From the IMG/VR virus record IMGVR_UViG_3300037067_013617, positions 1 to 64,000 of that record: DNA of 64,000 nucleotides; one strand, given 5' to 3'. This stretch comes from a virus (lineage: Duplodnaviria > Caudoviricetes). Made by a program: the position numbers and the translations under genes. The notes beneath the pieces are model-generated. The model worked only from the letters and a program-made list of their open reading frames with translations. It was not told the origin of the DNA and did not search any database. Of this stretch, positions 48,173 to 57,748 are shown one piece after another. How positions within the stretch are numbered: position 1 is the first letter of the stretch; the number at the start of each line of letters is the position of its first letter.

Positions 48173-48442
48173 TTATTCCTTTTTTCCGTTTATTACCCCT
48201 TGATGATATTGTAAATGCCCACTGATAATGGAATGAGTATTTTCAATTTCAGAATGGATTTCTTTTATTTCTTCATTTATACGTAAACTATCTTTTTCAT
48301 AATTATTTTTATTATCTCTTTCCATTTTAAAAAGATTATCTAGTTGTTTATCATAAGAAGAAATTATTTTGGCAAGCAATGCAGAAAATATAACCCCAGC
48401 AGTGCAAACCCAAAACCTAACATCATTGAATAAGCTATCCAT
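48173..48442 (-). CDS. Single-TM coiled-coil protein (holin-like)
   Basis: N-terminal TM plus heptad region, just upstream of endolysin. Confidence 0.5.
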   Translation of the reverse strand: MDSLFNDVRFWVCTAGVIFSALLAKIISSYDKQLDNLFKMERDNKNNYEKDSLRINEEIKEIHSEIENTHSIISGHLQYHQGVINGKKE

Positions 48443-48454
48443 TTATTTAATTTC

Positions 48455-48694
48455 CTATTGATCTGCCTTTTCTCGTAATTCATTTCGCCTTCTTTTATTT
48501 ACTTCTATATTAAATATTTGTAAAAATTTATCAATGAATAATTCTCTATCTTTATACTCTACCGGATAAGCATACCGAAAATCAAAACCATCAAACAGAG
48601 CATCGATAAATCCCATACATAAATCCTCAGCAGACCTATTATGGTCAGCGAAATACAACTGATTTGCAACCCGTAAATATAAATTTTTCGCCAT
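48455..48694 (-). CDS. Hypothetical protein
   Basis: 79 aa ORF with AAGGGG RBS. Confidence 0.55.
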   Translation of the reverse strand: MAKNLYLRVANQLYFADHNRSAEDLCMGFIDALFDGFDFRYAYPVEYKDRELFIDKFLQIFNIEVNKRRRNELREKADQ

Positions 48695-48757
48695 GCCAAC
48701 CCCTTACTTCTTATCATAATTTTACCATCCGATAATTATAATTTTAGATGCTTATTA

Positions 48758-49867
48758 TTAAGAAACTGTTCCAAAAGACCTCACTCTTTGAATTTTCTGT
48801 ACCGTAGGAGAAGATGAATCTTTTTCGACTATCATCCTGCCAACCAATACGCAGCCTTCTTTAATTGCATCTGGCAAATCAGTAATCATATCAGATTCTT
48901 TCGCTTCTGCTAACGTACTGAATTTACCTGATAGAACATTAAACATAACTTTATTCGCGCTATCAATTGCCCGAAATAAGTAATTTATAACAAACTCTCC
49001 ACCGGCCAGAGATGCCAATCCTGACCCGCTTTGATATTGAGTATTATTTATTTGATTATCAGCGGATGTCTGCCAATCCCCGCCAGTATCTTTATACCAG
49101 AGATGCATATCCGCATCAGAATCTTCAGTATCCATCGCGAGACAAGTAATGTCGCCTGTTCCGGTATTAACTACAATAGCATCAACATCGACATATAATG
49201 TAACGGCAGCAAGATCGAAATCATCAACTATAATAAATTCCTGCCGACTTTTTTGATTTTGTAATAATTTTTCCGGAAGAGCGTATCCGGCCTGGCCAAT
49301 AGGAATTACATTTACTTCGCTATCAAAATATAAAATAGCACATACCGGAATAATTGAACTATAATTAAAACTTGCTGCGGATGTATATAATTTATAAACA
49401 GGCGCCCCTGCGGTATAATCAATTCCAATAAAATTAACTTCATCTGCTACAAGAGTAAAGCTGGCTGTTGCAATAGTATATTCACCGAATATCCCTGTAA
49501 ATAATGCAGTTGACCATAAAAAGGCAGTACAGGCCGGCATAACATATAATCCACTGACTAAAACTTTCGGAAGAGTCGGGAACGTCCCGGATACTCCGGC
49601 ATATCTCGGAAAATCCATATAAGCGCTAACTGCCGACTTTACATAAACATAATTATCGAGATCAAGATTTGTAAGCAGTTCGCTAATATCTTTATTTTGG
49701 ATCAATTCCGCAGGGAGAGTCAGCTCTTCACCGATGTCAGTGTTTGCCAATGCCCATTCCTGCAATACATCATCCAATTCATCAAGATCGGTAAGTCCGA
49801 CTAATACGTCATAATACTCTTCATCGTGTAATATCTGACAGTATCTTATATTCTTTGCTGTTGCCAT
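48758..49867 (-). CDS. Virion structural protein with N-terminal module shared with 41944..43704
   Basis: Acidic and beta-rich; directly after portal; shared RYCQ.LH..EYYDV...QEWALAN.DIG module. Confidence 0.65.
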   Translation of the reverse strand: MATAKNIRYCQILHDEEYYDVLVGLTDLDELDDVLQEWALANTDIGEELTLPAELIQNKDISELLTNLDLDNYVYVKSAVSAYMDFPRYAGVSGTFPTLPKVLVSGLYVMPACTAFLWSTALFTGIFGEYTIATASFTLVADEVNFIGIDYTAGAPVYKLYTSAASFNYSSIIPVCAILYFDSEVNVIPIGQAGYALPEKLLQNQKSRQEFIIVDDFDLAAVTLYVDVDAIVVNTGTGDITCLAMDTEDSDADMHLWYKDTGGDWQTSADNQINNTQYQSGSGLASLAGGEFVINYLFRAIDSANKVMFNVLSGKFSTLAEAKESDMITDLPDAIKEGCVLVGRMIVEKDSSSPTVQKIQRVRSFGTVS

Positions 49868-49881
49868 ATTATTGTATCCTC

Positions 49882-51462
49882 TTATATTAACATAATTGCT
49901 TTATTCATAGCTTCATCGGCTATGTCATCTATTTCTTCATCAGAAAAATTATCAGGGTTGCCTTCACCGCCCTGTGATTGCATTGATTGTGCCTGTTTAA
50001 ATTGTAAAAATACGGGATCAAGAATAATATCTCCCATGCCATCCTTAAGCGGCGGTAAATCTTCTTCTGCCCGAATTTCATTAATCGTATGCGTTGTTTT
50101 AACTTTCTTTTCTCGAAGTTCTACCTCGAAACTTTTATCTTCGGTAGATAATCCGTTAAATTTAAAAATAAAATCTTTAGCAAAATCATATCCGCTAACT
50201 TTTGCAAATTTATTTACTATGTATGCAAATCCACCAAGCAGTTCACGCACACCGCGATTCTTAGAGAATAATTGTTTTGCGTCCTGATTTTCGGAAAGTA
50301 CGGCCTGCGCCTGGTTTAATCGAAGTCCTAACTCCGCAGCATCAACTCCCATAACGGAACATGTAAGCGCCCCTACAAATTCCATATATTTCTGATATTC
50401 CATGTCCCGATTATTCGGAAACATATTAAGAACTTTGGCGTCACCATTAAGCAGCGGAATATTCCATTGCCCGTCCATAGCCTCAAAATTAGCTGCCCAT
50501 TCGTCCTGTGCGTCTTCTAGTTCCTCAACAGTATATCCGGATTCCTTGCCCATCGCAATAGCTATTTTAGGGATAGACCCGCGGGAAAGGCCGTTACTGT
50601 TAAATGTAACAGCATTCATAAAAGCTACTATCGCTATATTCGCTTTCTCCGTGACAGATAGACCTTGTTTATAATATCGGACTTCGTTTAATTCATTGCC
50701 GAGATCATAAACAACATCATTTTCACGAAAAGCTGCTGTAACACCTCCACCGGCGCTACCATATAATAATTCCTGGATATATGCAATTTCTTCCATCGGC
50801 GGGACCTGTTCGAGTTTTGCCTTTCTTAATGCATCACTGACTTTACTTAATCCGTTTGGTATGCCGAAGCCTATTTGAGATAACGATCCGTAAAATCCTC
50901 CAGGAAGAACGGGAAGAATCGTTGCACCGTCAAGCACCCACAGTGCCACCGTTTTGCCTGAGCGATCTCTTTCAATTTCCCATACGACTTTATCAATTAA
51001 AATTCTATCCCGAACATATTTAACTAATAAATCTTTAAAATCATCGTGTTTAGGTTCAGCACCCTGATAATCCGGCCGGTATGTTTCCTGAACTAAATTT
51101 TCTAAGAATTCTTTTTGTTTTTTTTGATTAGAATTGAGTGTTGCTTTCGGATCTTTTAAAACGAATTCCCATCCGGGAACGTCTTTATCATGGGATATAT
51201 GAGAAAATTCAAGAGCTTGCTGAATGCGAAGAGTTATAATCGCCCCGACAATACCATTACGCCTTTCGATAAGGCGCAATAGTCTATCAGGTATTTTATC
51301 TTTTGGATAAACAACATGATTAAAAGAAGTGTTATTGAGCCAGTCGTACTGAACGCCTTTCGCAACAGTTTTAAAAACCCTTTTATCGAGTCTTTTGACT
51401 GCCGATTTAGCTTCTTTTATTGCTTTATCATAATCAATTAGTTGCTGTTCCTTCGTTGCCAT
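49882..51462 (-). CDS. Portal protein
   Basis: VRDRILID; LDGATILP; GLS..E; NNRDMEYQKYMEF...GVDAAELG; TINEIRAEEDLPPL..GDIIL. Confidence 0.92.
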   Translation of the reverse strand: MATKEQQLIDYDKAIKEAKSAVKRLDKRVFKTVAKGVQYDWLNNTSFNHVVYPKDKIPDRLLRLIERRNGIVGAIITLRIQQALEFSHISHDKDVPGWEFVLKDPKATLNSNQKKQKEFLENLVQETYRPDYQGAEPKHDDFKDLLVKYVRDRILIDKVVWEIERDRSGKTVALWVLDGATILPVLPGGFYGSLSQIGFGIPNGLSKVSDALRKAKLEQVPPMEEIAYIQELLYGSAGGGVTAAFRENDVVYDLGNELNEVRYYKQGLSVTEKANIAIVAFMNAVTFNSNGLSRGSIPKIAIAMGKESGYTVEELEDAQDEWAANFEAMDGQWNIPLLNGDAKVLNMFPNNRDMEYQKYMEFVGALTCSVMGVDAAELGLRLNQAQAVLSENQDAKQLFSKNRGVRELLGGFAYIVNKFAKVSGYDFAKDFIFKFNGLSTEDKSFEVELREKKVKTTHTINEIRAEEDLPPLKDGMGDIILDPVFLQFKQAQSMQSQGGEGNPDNFSDEEIDDIADEAMNKAIMLI

Positions 51463-51856
51463 TTTCGCCTATTGACTTATCATCAACCGGCGGATTCGGA
51501 TATGAAGGCGGAACATCTTTTTTGGATTTGTCTTTTTTGGCAGCATTTTCTTTCACCTTCCCGTCCTTACCTTTTCCGGTAGACGTAGAATTTTTATCGG
51601 GTGCTGCCTTTTCTTTATCGATATCATCATCTGCGGATGCATCGGGAGACTTCTGCACGGGTATAGATACAATATTAGAATTAGAATTAATATATACCGT
51701 GTCGTCAAGCACAATTTTGCCACCCTCCTCAGAAATTACTATCGCCATCATCGTCCAAAAGAAAGCCAATATTTTCGGGACGTTATTATCTCCTTTCGGC
51801 AAAGAATCTTTAGGTGTTCTCGCCCAGGCCTGTTCAAAAGTTTCCTGAAATTTCAT
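51434..51856 (-). CDS. Hypothetical protein with low-complexity K/D tail
   Basis: AAGGAG RBS; 140 aa. Confidence 0.55.
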   Translation of the reverse strand: MKFQETFEQAWARTPKDSLPKGDNNVPKILAFFWTMMAIVISEEGGKIVLDDTVYINSNSNIVSIPVQKSPDASADDDIDKEKAAPDKNSTSTGKGKDGKVKENAAKKDKSKKDVPPSYPNPPVDDKSIGENGNEGTATN

Positions 51857-51871
51857 AATTATTTTTTCTCC

Positions 51872-52039
51872 TTATATTTTTGTTTTTAAATCATCGACTA
51901 TTTTTTTAGGATCGTATTCATGGCGATCTGCAAATTCTGATTGTTTGCCCTTATTAAATTGATCAACGGAAGCGTAATACCCCACAACTCTTGAAAAAAT
52001 AAGACAAGGAATTTTCTTTTCGATTGCAATATCATTCAT
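51872..52039 (-). CDS. Stand-alone NrdD-type glycyl-radical C-terminal peptide (55 aa)
   Basis: MNDIAIEKKIPCLIFSRVVGYYASVDQFNKGKQSEFADRHEYDPKKIVDDLKTKI; ATGA overlap with upstream stop; not in the ORF track. Confidence 0.75.
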   Translation of the reverse strand: MNDIAIEKKIPCLIFSRVVGYYASVDQFNKGKQSEFADRHEYDPKKIVDDLKTKI

Positions 52040-52302
52040 TTCATTACCTTCCTCAACGCTGTATTTATTCGTTTATGATTAAACGATTTATCAAATAGTT
52101 CCTCAATAGCATGATAAATTTCATGCGTAACTGTCTCCGTAAACAAATCTTTAAATGCTAATTCTTTATTTTCGGCGCAACAATTTAACATAGTATCAAT
52201 ATCAATAACAACCTGCGCAATTCCTTTTTTCTTTACTGAACCTTTAATATATCCACCGAATCCGCGACCAAGTAATTGTTTAAAATTAACGGTAACTTTC
52301 AA
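52036..52302 (-). CDS. Small HExxH (zincin-like) protein
   Basis: ETVTHEIYHAIEE. Confidence 0.55.
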   Translation of the reverse strand: MKVTVNFKQLLGRGFGGYIKGSVKKKGIAQVVIDIDTMLNCCAENKELAFKDLFTETVTHEIYHAIEELFDKSFNHKRINTALRKVMK

Positions 52303-53297
52303 ACTACCCTGCCTTCAATAATTTTTTTATTATCTATATGCCAAAAATTTTCATCATATCTTTCGTATTTTGCAAATCCATTATTCCATTTATTAAGCGG
52401 CATATATTTTGGATGCAAATCACAAAGACATCCAATTGACCAGCAAGTTATTAACTTACCTTTTATACTCGGCTCCGGATGTTCTGAAGTTTGATGATAA
52501 TGACCACCTGCTGTATTATCTTTTGTTCTTAAAAAGAAAGTACGCGCAGGGTTTGCCGGGCTAGTAATCGCGTTCTTGTATTCATGACCATGTATCACAT
52601 AAAGTCCAGATATATCAATATATCTATCTTCTGGGATATATTCAATTCCCATGTTAAATAAATCAAGTAATACTTCAAGTCTGAATTCAGTTAATCCATA
52701 TAATTCGGGAGCTTTATTCTGTAAATATAATTCAAATCTTTTTTCATGATTTCCAAATTTATAATATATTTTAGTTCGTGGATAAACTCGTTTTAATTCT
52801 AAAAGAAAAGATTTCATTCTATCTCTTTCTTCAGGAAAAGTTATTATTGTTGGATCCTTACAAAAATTAGATATTTCAAAACAATCCATCCCGTCCCCAT
52901 CAATAATAAAAAAATCAGGATTAAAATCATGTGTATTATTAAACATTGTTTCTATCGCTGATATACTATGAAATGGGACATGTGAATCAGCAATAATTAT
53001 TCCCTTATCTCCAGTAATAAAAAAAGGTTGATAATCGCTTTCGATACTTTCTGGTAAATTATATTTCTCAGCTCGTTTCTCAGGAATTAAATATTTATCA
53101 GATATTATTTTTTTTAAATGAGTCTTACCGAATGCTCCCTTACGATATCTTATCATCGATCTAACGGAATCAACATCTTTAAATAATAATTTATTTTCTT
53201 TATATATTTTTTTGGCGAGTGTTAATTTTTCCAGATTAGGAAATTTATCCAAATAATTTTCAATAATTTGTTGCTTGTCTTTTGTATTCGAGGCCAT
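52299..53297 (-). CDS. Calcineurin-like metallophosphoesterase
   Basis: ADSHVP; GDGMD; GNHE; IHGHE; GHYH. Confidence 0.88.
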   Translation of the reverse strand: MASNTKDKQQIIENYLDKFPNLEKLTLAKKIYKENKLLFKDVDSVRSMIRYRKGAFGKTHLKKIISDKYLIPEKRAEKYNLPESIESDYQPFFITGDKGIIIADSHVPFHSISAIETMFNNTHDFNPDFFIIDGDGMDCFEISNFCKDPTIITFPEERDRMKSFLLELKRVYPRTKIYYKFGNHEKRFELYLQNKAPELYGLTEFRLEVLLDLFNMGIEYIPEDRYIDISGLYVIHGHEYKNAITSPANPARTFFLRTKDNTAGGHYHQTSEHPEPSIKGKLITCWSIGCLCDLHPKYMPLNKWNNGFAKYERYDENFWHIDNKKIIEGRVV

Positions 53298-53307
53298 TTA
53301 AGCTCCT

Positions 53308-53664
53308 TTAATCTAATTTATTTTTAAATAACATTAAATTTTCTAAATTATTAAAAACAGGAATGCCTAATTCGTTTGCTCTTGCTATTTCCATCTGTGT
53401 ACCTTTACTGTTTTCCCATCCGGGAACTAAAAATATGCAATCGCTAACTTCGAGCCATGGTTGGCCATTATCAAAATAATCATTGTATTCATAGTCTCCT
53501 ATTTGAAGTCCTATTAAAAAATCAACACAAGGCACATAAACACAAAATCCAGCACTTCTAACTTTATCTGCCCATTCAATCATCCGATGCATATTTTTGA
53601 TATAACCAATTGCATCAGAATTAAGAGCGCCAGCGATATAAACTTTAATCAATTTCTTCATCAA
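53308..53664 (-). CDS. Nucleoside 2-deoxyribosyltransferase-like (DUF4406-type) protein
   Basis: KVYIAG...SDCIFLVPGWENSKGTQMEIARANELGIPV. Confidence 0.8.
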   Translation of the reverse strand: MMKKLIKVYIAGALNSDAIGYIKNMHRMIEWADKVRSAGFCVYVPCVDFLIGLQIGDYEYNDYFDNGQPWLEVSDCIFLVPGWENSKGTQMEIARANELGIPVFNNLENLMLFKNKLD

Positions 53665-53926
53665 ATTTTAACCAACCTTTTTTAATCATAATTAAAGATA
53701 TATAACCAAATAAATCACACGTATCTGATTTTCTTAAACCTTCTTTACTGTTTTTTATTCTCGAACATTTATCATTAGCTCGTACACATAATTCTAATAT
53801 TTCAGGATCATCAATCGGAAATATCTGCAAAGGATTAATCGCAGAATCACCATATCGCCTGTTTTTTTCTTTTAAAAATTCTTTGAAATTATTAAATAGT
53901 ATATCTATTTTTTCCTGTGTCTCCAT
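53645..53926 (-). CDS. DUF1599/nucleotide-modification-associated (MazG-like fold) protein
   Basis: LKEKNRRYGDS...RANDKCSRI...DLFGY. Confidence 0.7.
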   Translation of the reverse strand: METQEKIDILFNNFKEFLKEKNRRYGDSAINPLQIFPIDDPEILELCVRANDKCSRIKNSKEGLRKSDTCDLFGYISLIMIKKGWLKFDEEID

Positions 53927-53929
53927 TTA

Positions 53930-54289
53930 TTAGTTCCCCCTCATCGCTATGTCATATTGCTTAGCTTTAATTGATTCATAGATCACAATGTCGGTAAGTT
54001 TAACGAGATGCGTCTGCGCAAACGCCCGGTCGAAGAAAGGTACAAACTTTAACTCTTTAATAAATGATAGCAGTTCCCGTCCCTTGAGCGGTACCACATT
54101 CGGATTATTCTCCATGCCTAATTTATTGCGTTCTTTGACGCGAAGCAGCTCTGGGAGTTGTAATGTTTTATTCCATTCTTTCTGCTGTTTCTCTGGTAAT
54201 AATCTTTTCCCACCTGCATAACAAAGAAAGTAGTTTTCTGATAAATAAATTCTGAAACCCAAAATATCTTCATAACTGTTATTCGACAT
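53930..54289 (-). CDS. Hypothetical protein
   Basis: AAGGAG RBS; 119 aa. Confidence 0.55.
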   Translation of the reverse strand: MSNNSYEDILGFRIYLSENYFLCYAGGKRLLPEKQQKEWNKTLQLPELLRVKERNKLGMENNPNVVPLKGRELLSFIKELKFVPFFDRAFAQTHLVKLTDIVIYESIKAKQYDIAMRGN

Positions 54290-54335
54290 TATTTTTCTCC
54301 TTTGCTCTCTTTTTTGAAATACTATACTTATTTTG

Positions 54336-55817
54336 TCAAGAATCTTTTTTTATTACGCCCATCCCTATCTGTAAACTCAAGTCGTCGCCGCGGATAACTT
54401 GCTTTCGTTTCTTCTCACCTCGAAGCTCTTTCATTATCTCTTTTTTCTTTTTCCGTTCTGTTTTAAATATATCCCTTATTTTTTTACGCTCTGCTTTCTT
54501 AGCATCTAATAAAGTTTTTTTCTCTTCTGTTTTATTTCCTGATAAGACCGAAGGCTTTCCAAAAGATGGTAATACAAATTTTCCATATTTAATCATACTC
54601 GCAAGGGAGTCCGGTGCATCATCGGGCTCAGCGCCTTCCTCATAATCTGTAATTTGTACTAGATAGTTCAAATCCGTTTCATTCGCCCATCTGATTTTTT
54701 TCCATATTTTATAAATATAATTTGTAATTTTAATATGTTTATTCTCGCTTTCGTGATAAGCAATTGCTTTCATCCCTTTCTCAATTAAAGCCTTAACTAC
54801 ATATCCCTTGTCATCATTTTTTTCTTTATATATTACACTACAATGATATTTATTATAATATTCCTGTATCTTATCCATGTAGTCATCTATATGACAATTA
54901 AAATTAAATCCAATAGCCTGAAAAGGATGATCGGGATCAGTAGTCCTTGAAAAAAATGTCAATGCTCCTGTATCTGTCCCTTCGTATTTTGCATCAATAT
55001 GTCCGAAGCAGGACTCCCTATAATCCCAATCTCCAAAGAAGGGATTCGTAAATAATTGATTATCACTTGCAATATGTTTTAACTGATAATTAATTGCAAA
55101 CAATACAGGTGTAGTAATTTCAATTAAATGTTTGATATGCTCAGGAGTAAATGCTGCTAATCCGCTTTCATACACTGTAACTTTTTTAGGTTCCGGTAAT
55201 AATCTCCAGCCATCCATTTTATGCCACGGCGTGCCGTTGAAAGCAATAGCTTGTCCAGGATCAATAATATTTGTTCTTAACTCCCGAATAAACTCATCTG
55301 TATTTTCTCGTTCAGCCTGAGACAATCGATCCTTTAAAGTAATAATGTCGTCACATAATACTTTATCTCCATGCGTACCCGTAATATTTGGAGACATTCC
55401 AAAGGCATTGATATTACCTTCTTTCGTTTGTGTTTCTTTCAAACTCCATTGAAATTTATCTGCACGATCCATAATAATTTCATAATCAAACCCATAAATT
55501 TCATAAAAAAGAGTATGCATTGCTGATGATTTCATCTGCCGCGTTATTACTTTCAAAATATCACTTGCGGCAGTAAAATCTTTTCTGATAAGGATGATAC
55601 GGTCATTGAAATGGAATAAAAGCCACCAGATAGAGCCTACAATGGCTACAGCGGTTGTTTTATAGCTTCCACGATGTGCTTGCATTGAAACATCTTCCTC
55701 GGCTGTCCAACAATACTTAATCCAATCCGAATGGATGTCTACTAATTTAGTGTATCCTAAATAAGTTCCTAACAAGTGAGGTTTATTTGTCAGTTTTTTC
55801 GCTAGCGAGCGATTCAT
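54336..55817 (-). CDS. terL: Terminase large subunit
   Basis: Walker A AHRGSYKTT; TGTHGD..LCDD Walker B; GTPWH; nuclease HID...DDAPDS. Confidence 0.92.
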   Translation of the reverse strand: MNRSLAKKLTNKPHLLGTYLGYTKLVDIHSDWIKYCWTAEEDVSMQAHRGSYKTTAVAIVGSIWWLLFHFNDRIILIRKDFTAASDILKVITRQMKSSAMHTLFYEIYGFDYEIIMDRADKFQWSLKETQTKEGNINAFGMSPNITGTHGDKVLCDDIITLKDRLSQAERENTDEFIRELRTNIIDPGQAIAFNGTPWHKMDGWRLLPEPKKVTVYESGLAAFTPEHIKHLIEITTPVLFAINYQLKHIASDNQLFTNPFFGDWDYRESCFGHIDAKYEGTDTGALTFFSRTTDPDHPFQAIGFNFNCHIDDYMDKIQEYYNKYHCSVIYKEKNDDKGYVVKALIEKGMKAIAYHESENKHIKITNYIYKIWKKIRWANETDLNYLVQITDYEEGAEPDDAPDSLASMIKYGKFVLPSFGKPSVLSGNKTEEKKTLLDAKKAERKKIRDIFKTERKKKKEIMKELRGEKKRKQVIRGDDLSLQIGMGVIKKDS

Positions 55818-56394
55818 TAAAAATGTCCTTTATAGCTTGAGCGCTTTCTTTGTCATAATTAAAAGTTACTTTTAATTTTTCTTGGATCATTCCGAGTACA
55901 CGGAGCAGGTCCGTACTTACTTTTTCTTTATCAACTATTTCAATTGTATTCTGAACATTCTCGCCGAACTGATTGATAGTCTTTTTCTGTCCTATCTTTT
56001 TAATAATAAAAGTATTGATCTTATTAAAATCTTTAATTTTCATCTCGCCGTCTTCATCAAATTCAACGACATCATGTATATCGGCATTCGCCATCTTTAA
56101 CAAATTCTCAAATGTCTTACCAATCATATCCTCTTTATTTTTCCAGAGATTATCATAATGCTCTCTTAGCGCAGCTGCAATCTTAACATTTCTTAATGTA
56201 GCACTTGCTCGAACAGCAGCAGATTCAATAGTAACATTCGAATAAACCGATTGATATGCCTTTGTTGCGTTCCCGCTAAATTTAAGATAAGCTAAAAAGA
56301 ATTCTTTATGTTTCCCCGATAATTTATCAAACGCCGTCTTGCTCTCAGTGGATTCTGACGACTTTACTTTCTTCTTTCTTGCCATCCGGCACAC
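55783..56394 (-). CDS. terS: Terminase small subunit
   Basis: F..AYL..GNATKAY..VY...AAVRASATLRNVKI HTH; directly upstream of TerL. Confidence 0.85.
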   Translation of the reverse strand: MCRMARKKKVKSSESTESKTAFDKLSGKHKEFFLAYLKFSGNATKAYQSVYSNVTIESAAVRASATLRNVKIAAALREHYDNLWKNKEDMIGKTFENLLKMANADIHDVVEFDEDGEMKIKDFNKINTFIIKKIGQKKTINQFGENVQNTIEIVDKEKVSTDLLRVLGMIQEKLKVTFNYDKESAQAIKDIFNESLASEKTDK

Positions 56395-56545
56395 CTCTAT
56401 ACAATATATAAATATTCTTTAATAATTCTTCAGGAACTTTTACTTTTGCTTCCGTTATTATTTTCAATAATTCCTGTACGATAAAATCTTTTATTTCAAT
56501 TTCTTTTTTTAATTTAAGAATTTTTTCCGATTTGTTGCGTTTCAT
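56345..56545 (-). CDS. Hypothetical protein
   Basis: 66 aa ORF between RusA and TerS. Confidence 0.45.
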   Translation of the reverse strand: MKRNKSEKILKLKKEIEIKDFIVQELLKIITEAKVKVPEELLKNIYILYRGVPDGKKEESKVVRIH

Positions 56546-56953
56546 TCATTCCTCCCAGCTAACAGTAATTTCCGTCCGCGGATTATTCGAATAATATTTT
56601 AAAATTTCCCCGGCATATACCTGAGCGTCATCATACCATATCAATTTGCTTCCAGAGTCCAAAAAAAATTTGTCCAAATTATCGCGATCCTTCTTCTTTA
56701 GGAACGGGGCCATATCCGATTCTATATTCTTAATCTTTTCAGTCTTCGCCGGCGCAAAGAAAAAAGTATTATCAACCCGCGTTGGCACATTCTTTGGAAT
56801 CATTTTAAATCCATCCGGCAATTGCTCCGCCATTTGTCGCCGGCATTGCGCCATATCAGCGGCCGACGGGTTATACCAGTTCCCGTGGGCGCCCTTCCTG
56901 GCACGTTGCTTCGGAACAGGATTGCCTGTAATGGTTATTGTTAAGGAGTTCAT
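56546..56953 (-). CDS. rusA: RusA-family Holliday junction resolvase
   Basis: GNPVPKQRAR; KDRDNLDKFFLD...DDAQV; PRTEITV. Confidence 0.88.
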   Translation of the reverse strand: MNSLTITITGNPVPKQRARKGAHGNWYNPSAADMAQCRRQMAEQLPDGFKMIPKNVPTRVDNTFFFAPAKTEKIKNIESDMAPFLKKKDRDNLDKFFLDSGSKLIWYDDAQVYAGEILKYYSNNPRTEITVSWEE

Positions 56954-57564
56954 TATGCGTTATTATATTTATAAAGAGTTTTAATTCGACTCTTACCGGA
57001 AATATCATGTTGTTTAATAATTTTCTTCTCTTGAACCAATTCATATAAAATTTTATGCCGGAGCATAGGATCTTTTAATCCTCTTGTTCCATGAACAATA
57101 TTTGTAAGATCAGTCCATTCCTCTCTAACTAAAAGAAAAGTATATATTTTATTCTTCCATTTTAAATAATATATTTCATCTTTTTTTTCTTTATATTTTT
57201 TAGCTGATATTTCTCCAATATTTATAAATTCATTTTCCTTAATTATTTTATACATAATAATATCAATAAAATAAGACGAACCCTGATCAGCATTAAAAAT
57301 TAAATTTTTTATTCTATTATGCATCAAATCTTGAGAAACGGTTTCTTCTACAAAACATTCTATTTGATGAATCATAAATTGTTCATGGGAACCATTAATC
57401 ATTCTGTCATCAAAAGAAGACTTAATTAATTCTGTAAAAATATCCAAAAAATAATAAATATGTTCATTCAAAGCAAAAATTTTTCTTTCTGAATACGCAT
57501 TACCTTCTTGTCTATTTTTAAAGACTACGTGTTCAATTACTGGGATCAATTCATTTATTAACAT
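56953..57564 (-). CDS. Hypothetical protein (possible C-terminal winged helix)
   Basis: 203 aa ORF; C-terminal helix plus 'wing'-like segment. Confidence 0.5.
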   Translation of the reverse strand: MLINELIPVIEHVVFKNRQEGNAYSERKIFALNEHIYYFLDIFTELIKSSFDDRMINGSHEQFMIHQIECFVEETVSQDLMHNRIKNLIFNADQGSSYFIDIIMYKIIKENEFINIGEISAKKYKEKKDEIYYLKWKNKIYTFLLVREEWTDLTNIVHGTRGLKDPMLRHKILYELVQEKKIIKQHDISGKSRIKTLYKYNNA

Positions 57565-57748
57565 AATACTCCTCTACTTTTAAAATATTTTCTTTTACAA
57601 GATAAGCAGCTATGATATTTTCAATTAAATCAGATCTACTACAATGTTTTTCTTCTGCTATTTTATTGATTTTAGGAATTAAAAAATTTTGAATAGTTAT
57701 AGGCATCAATATCCTTTTTTTATCTGGATCAACTTTTCTATTAGCCAT
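57551..57748 (-). CDS. Ribbon-helix-helix DNA-binding protein
   Basis: ILMPITI...KINKIAEEKHCSRSDLIENII. Confidence 0.7.
   Translation of the reverse strand: MANRKVDPDKKRILMPITIQNFLIPKINKIAEEKHCSRSDLIENIIAAYLVKENILKVEEYYVNK

Noticed and set aside
41944-49867. Duplicated module as a DGR template/variable repeat pair
   Set aside because: No reverse transcriptase in the window; differences are not adenine-specific and both copies are coding
54329-54345. TTCTTGACAAAAT as a promoter -35
   Set aside because: Coincides with the terL TGA stop and no -10 hexamer lies at a plausible spacing
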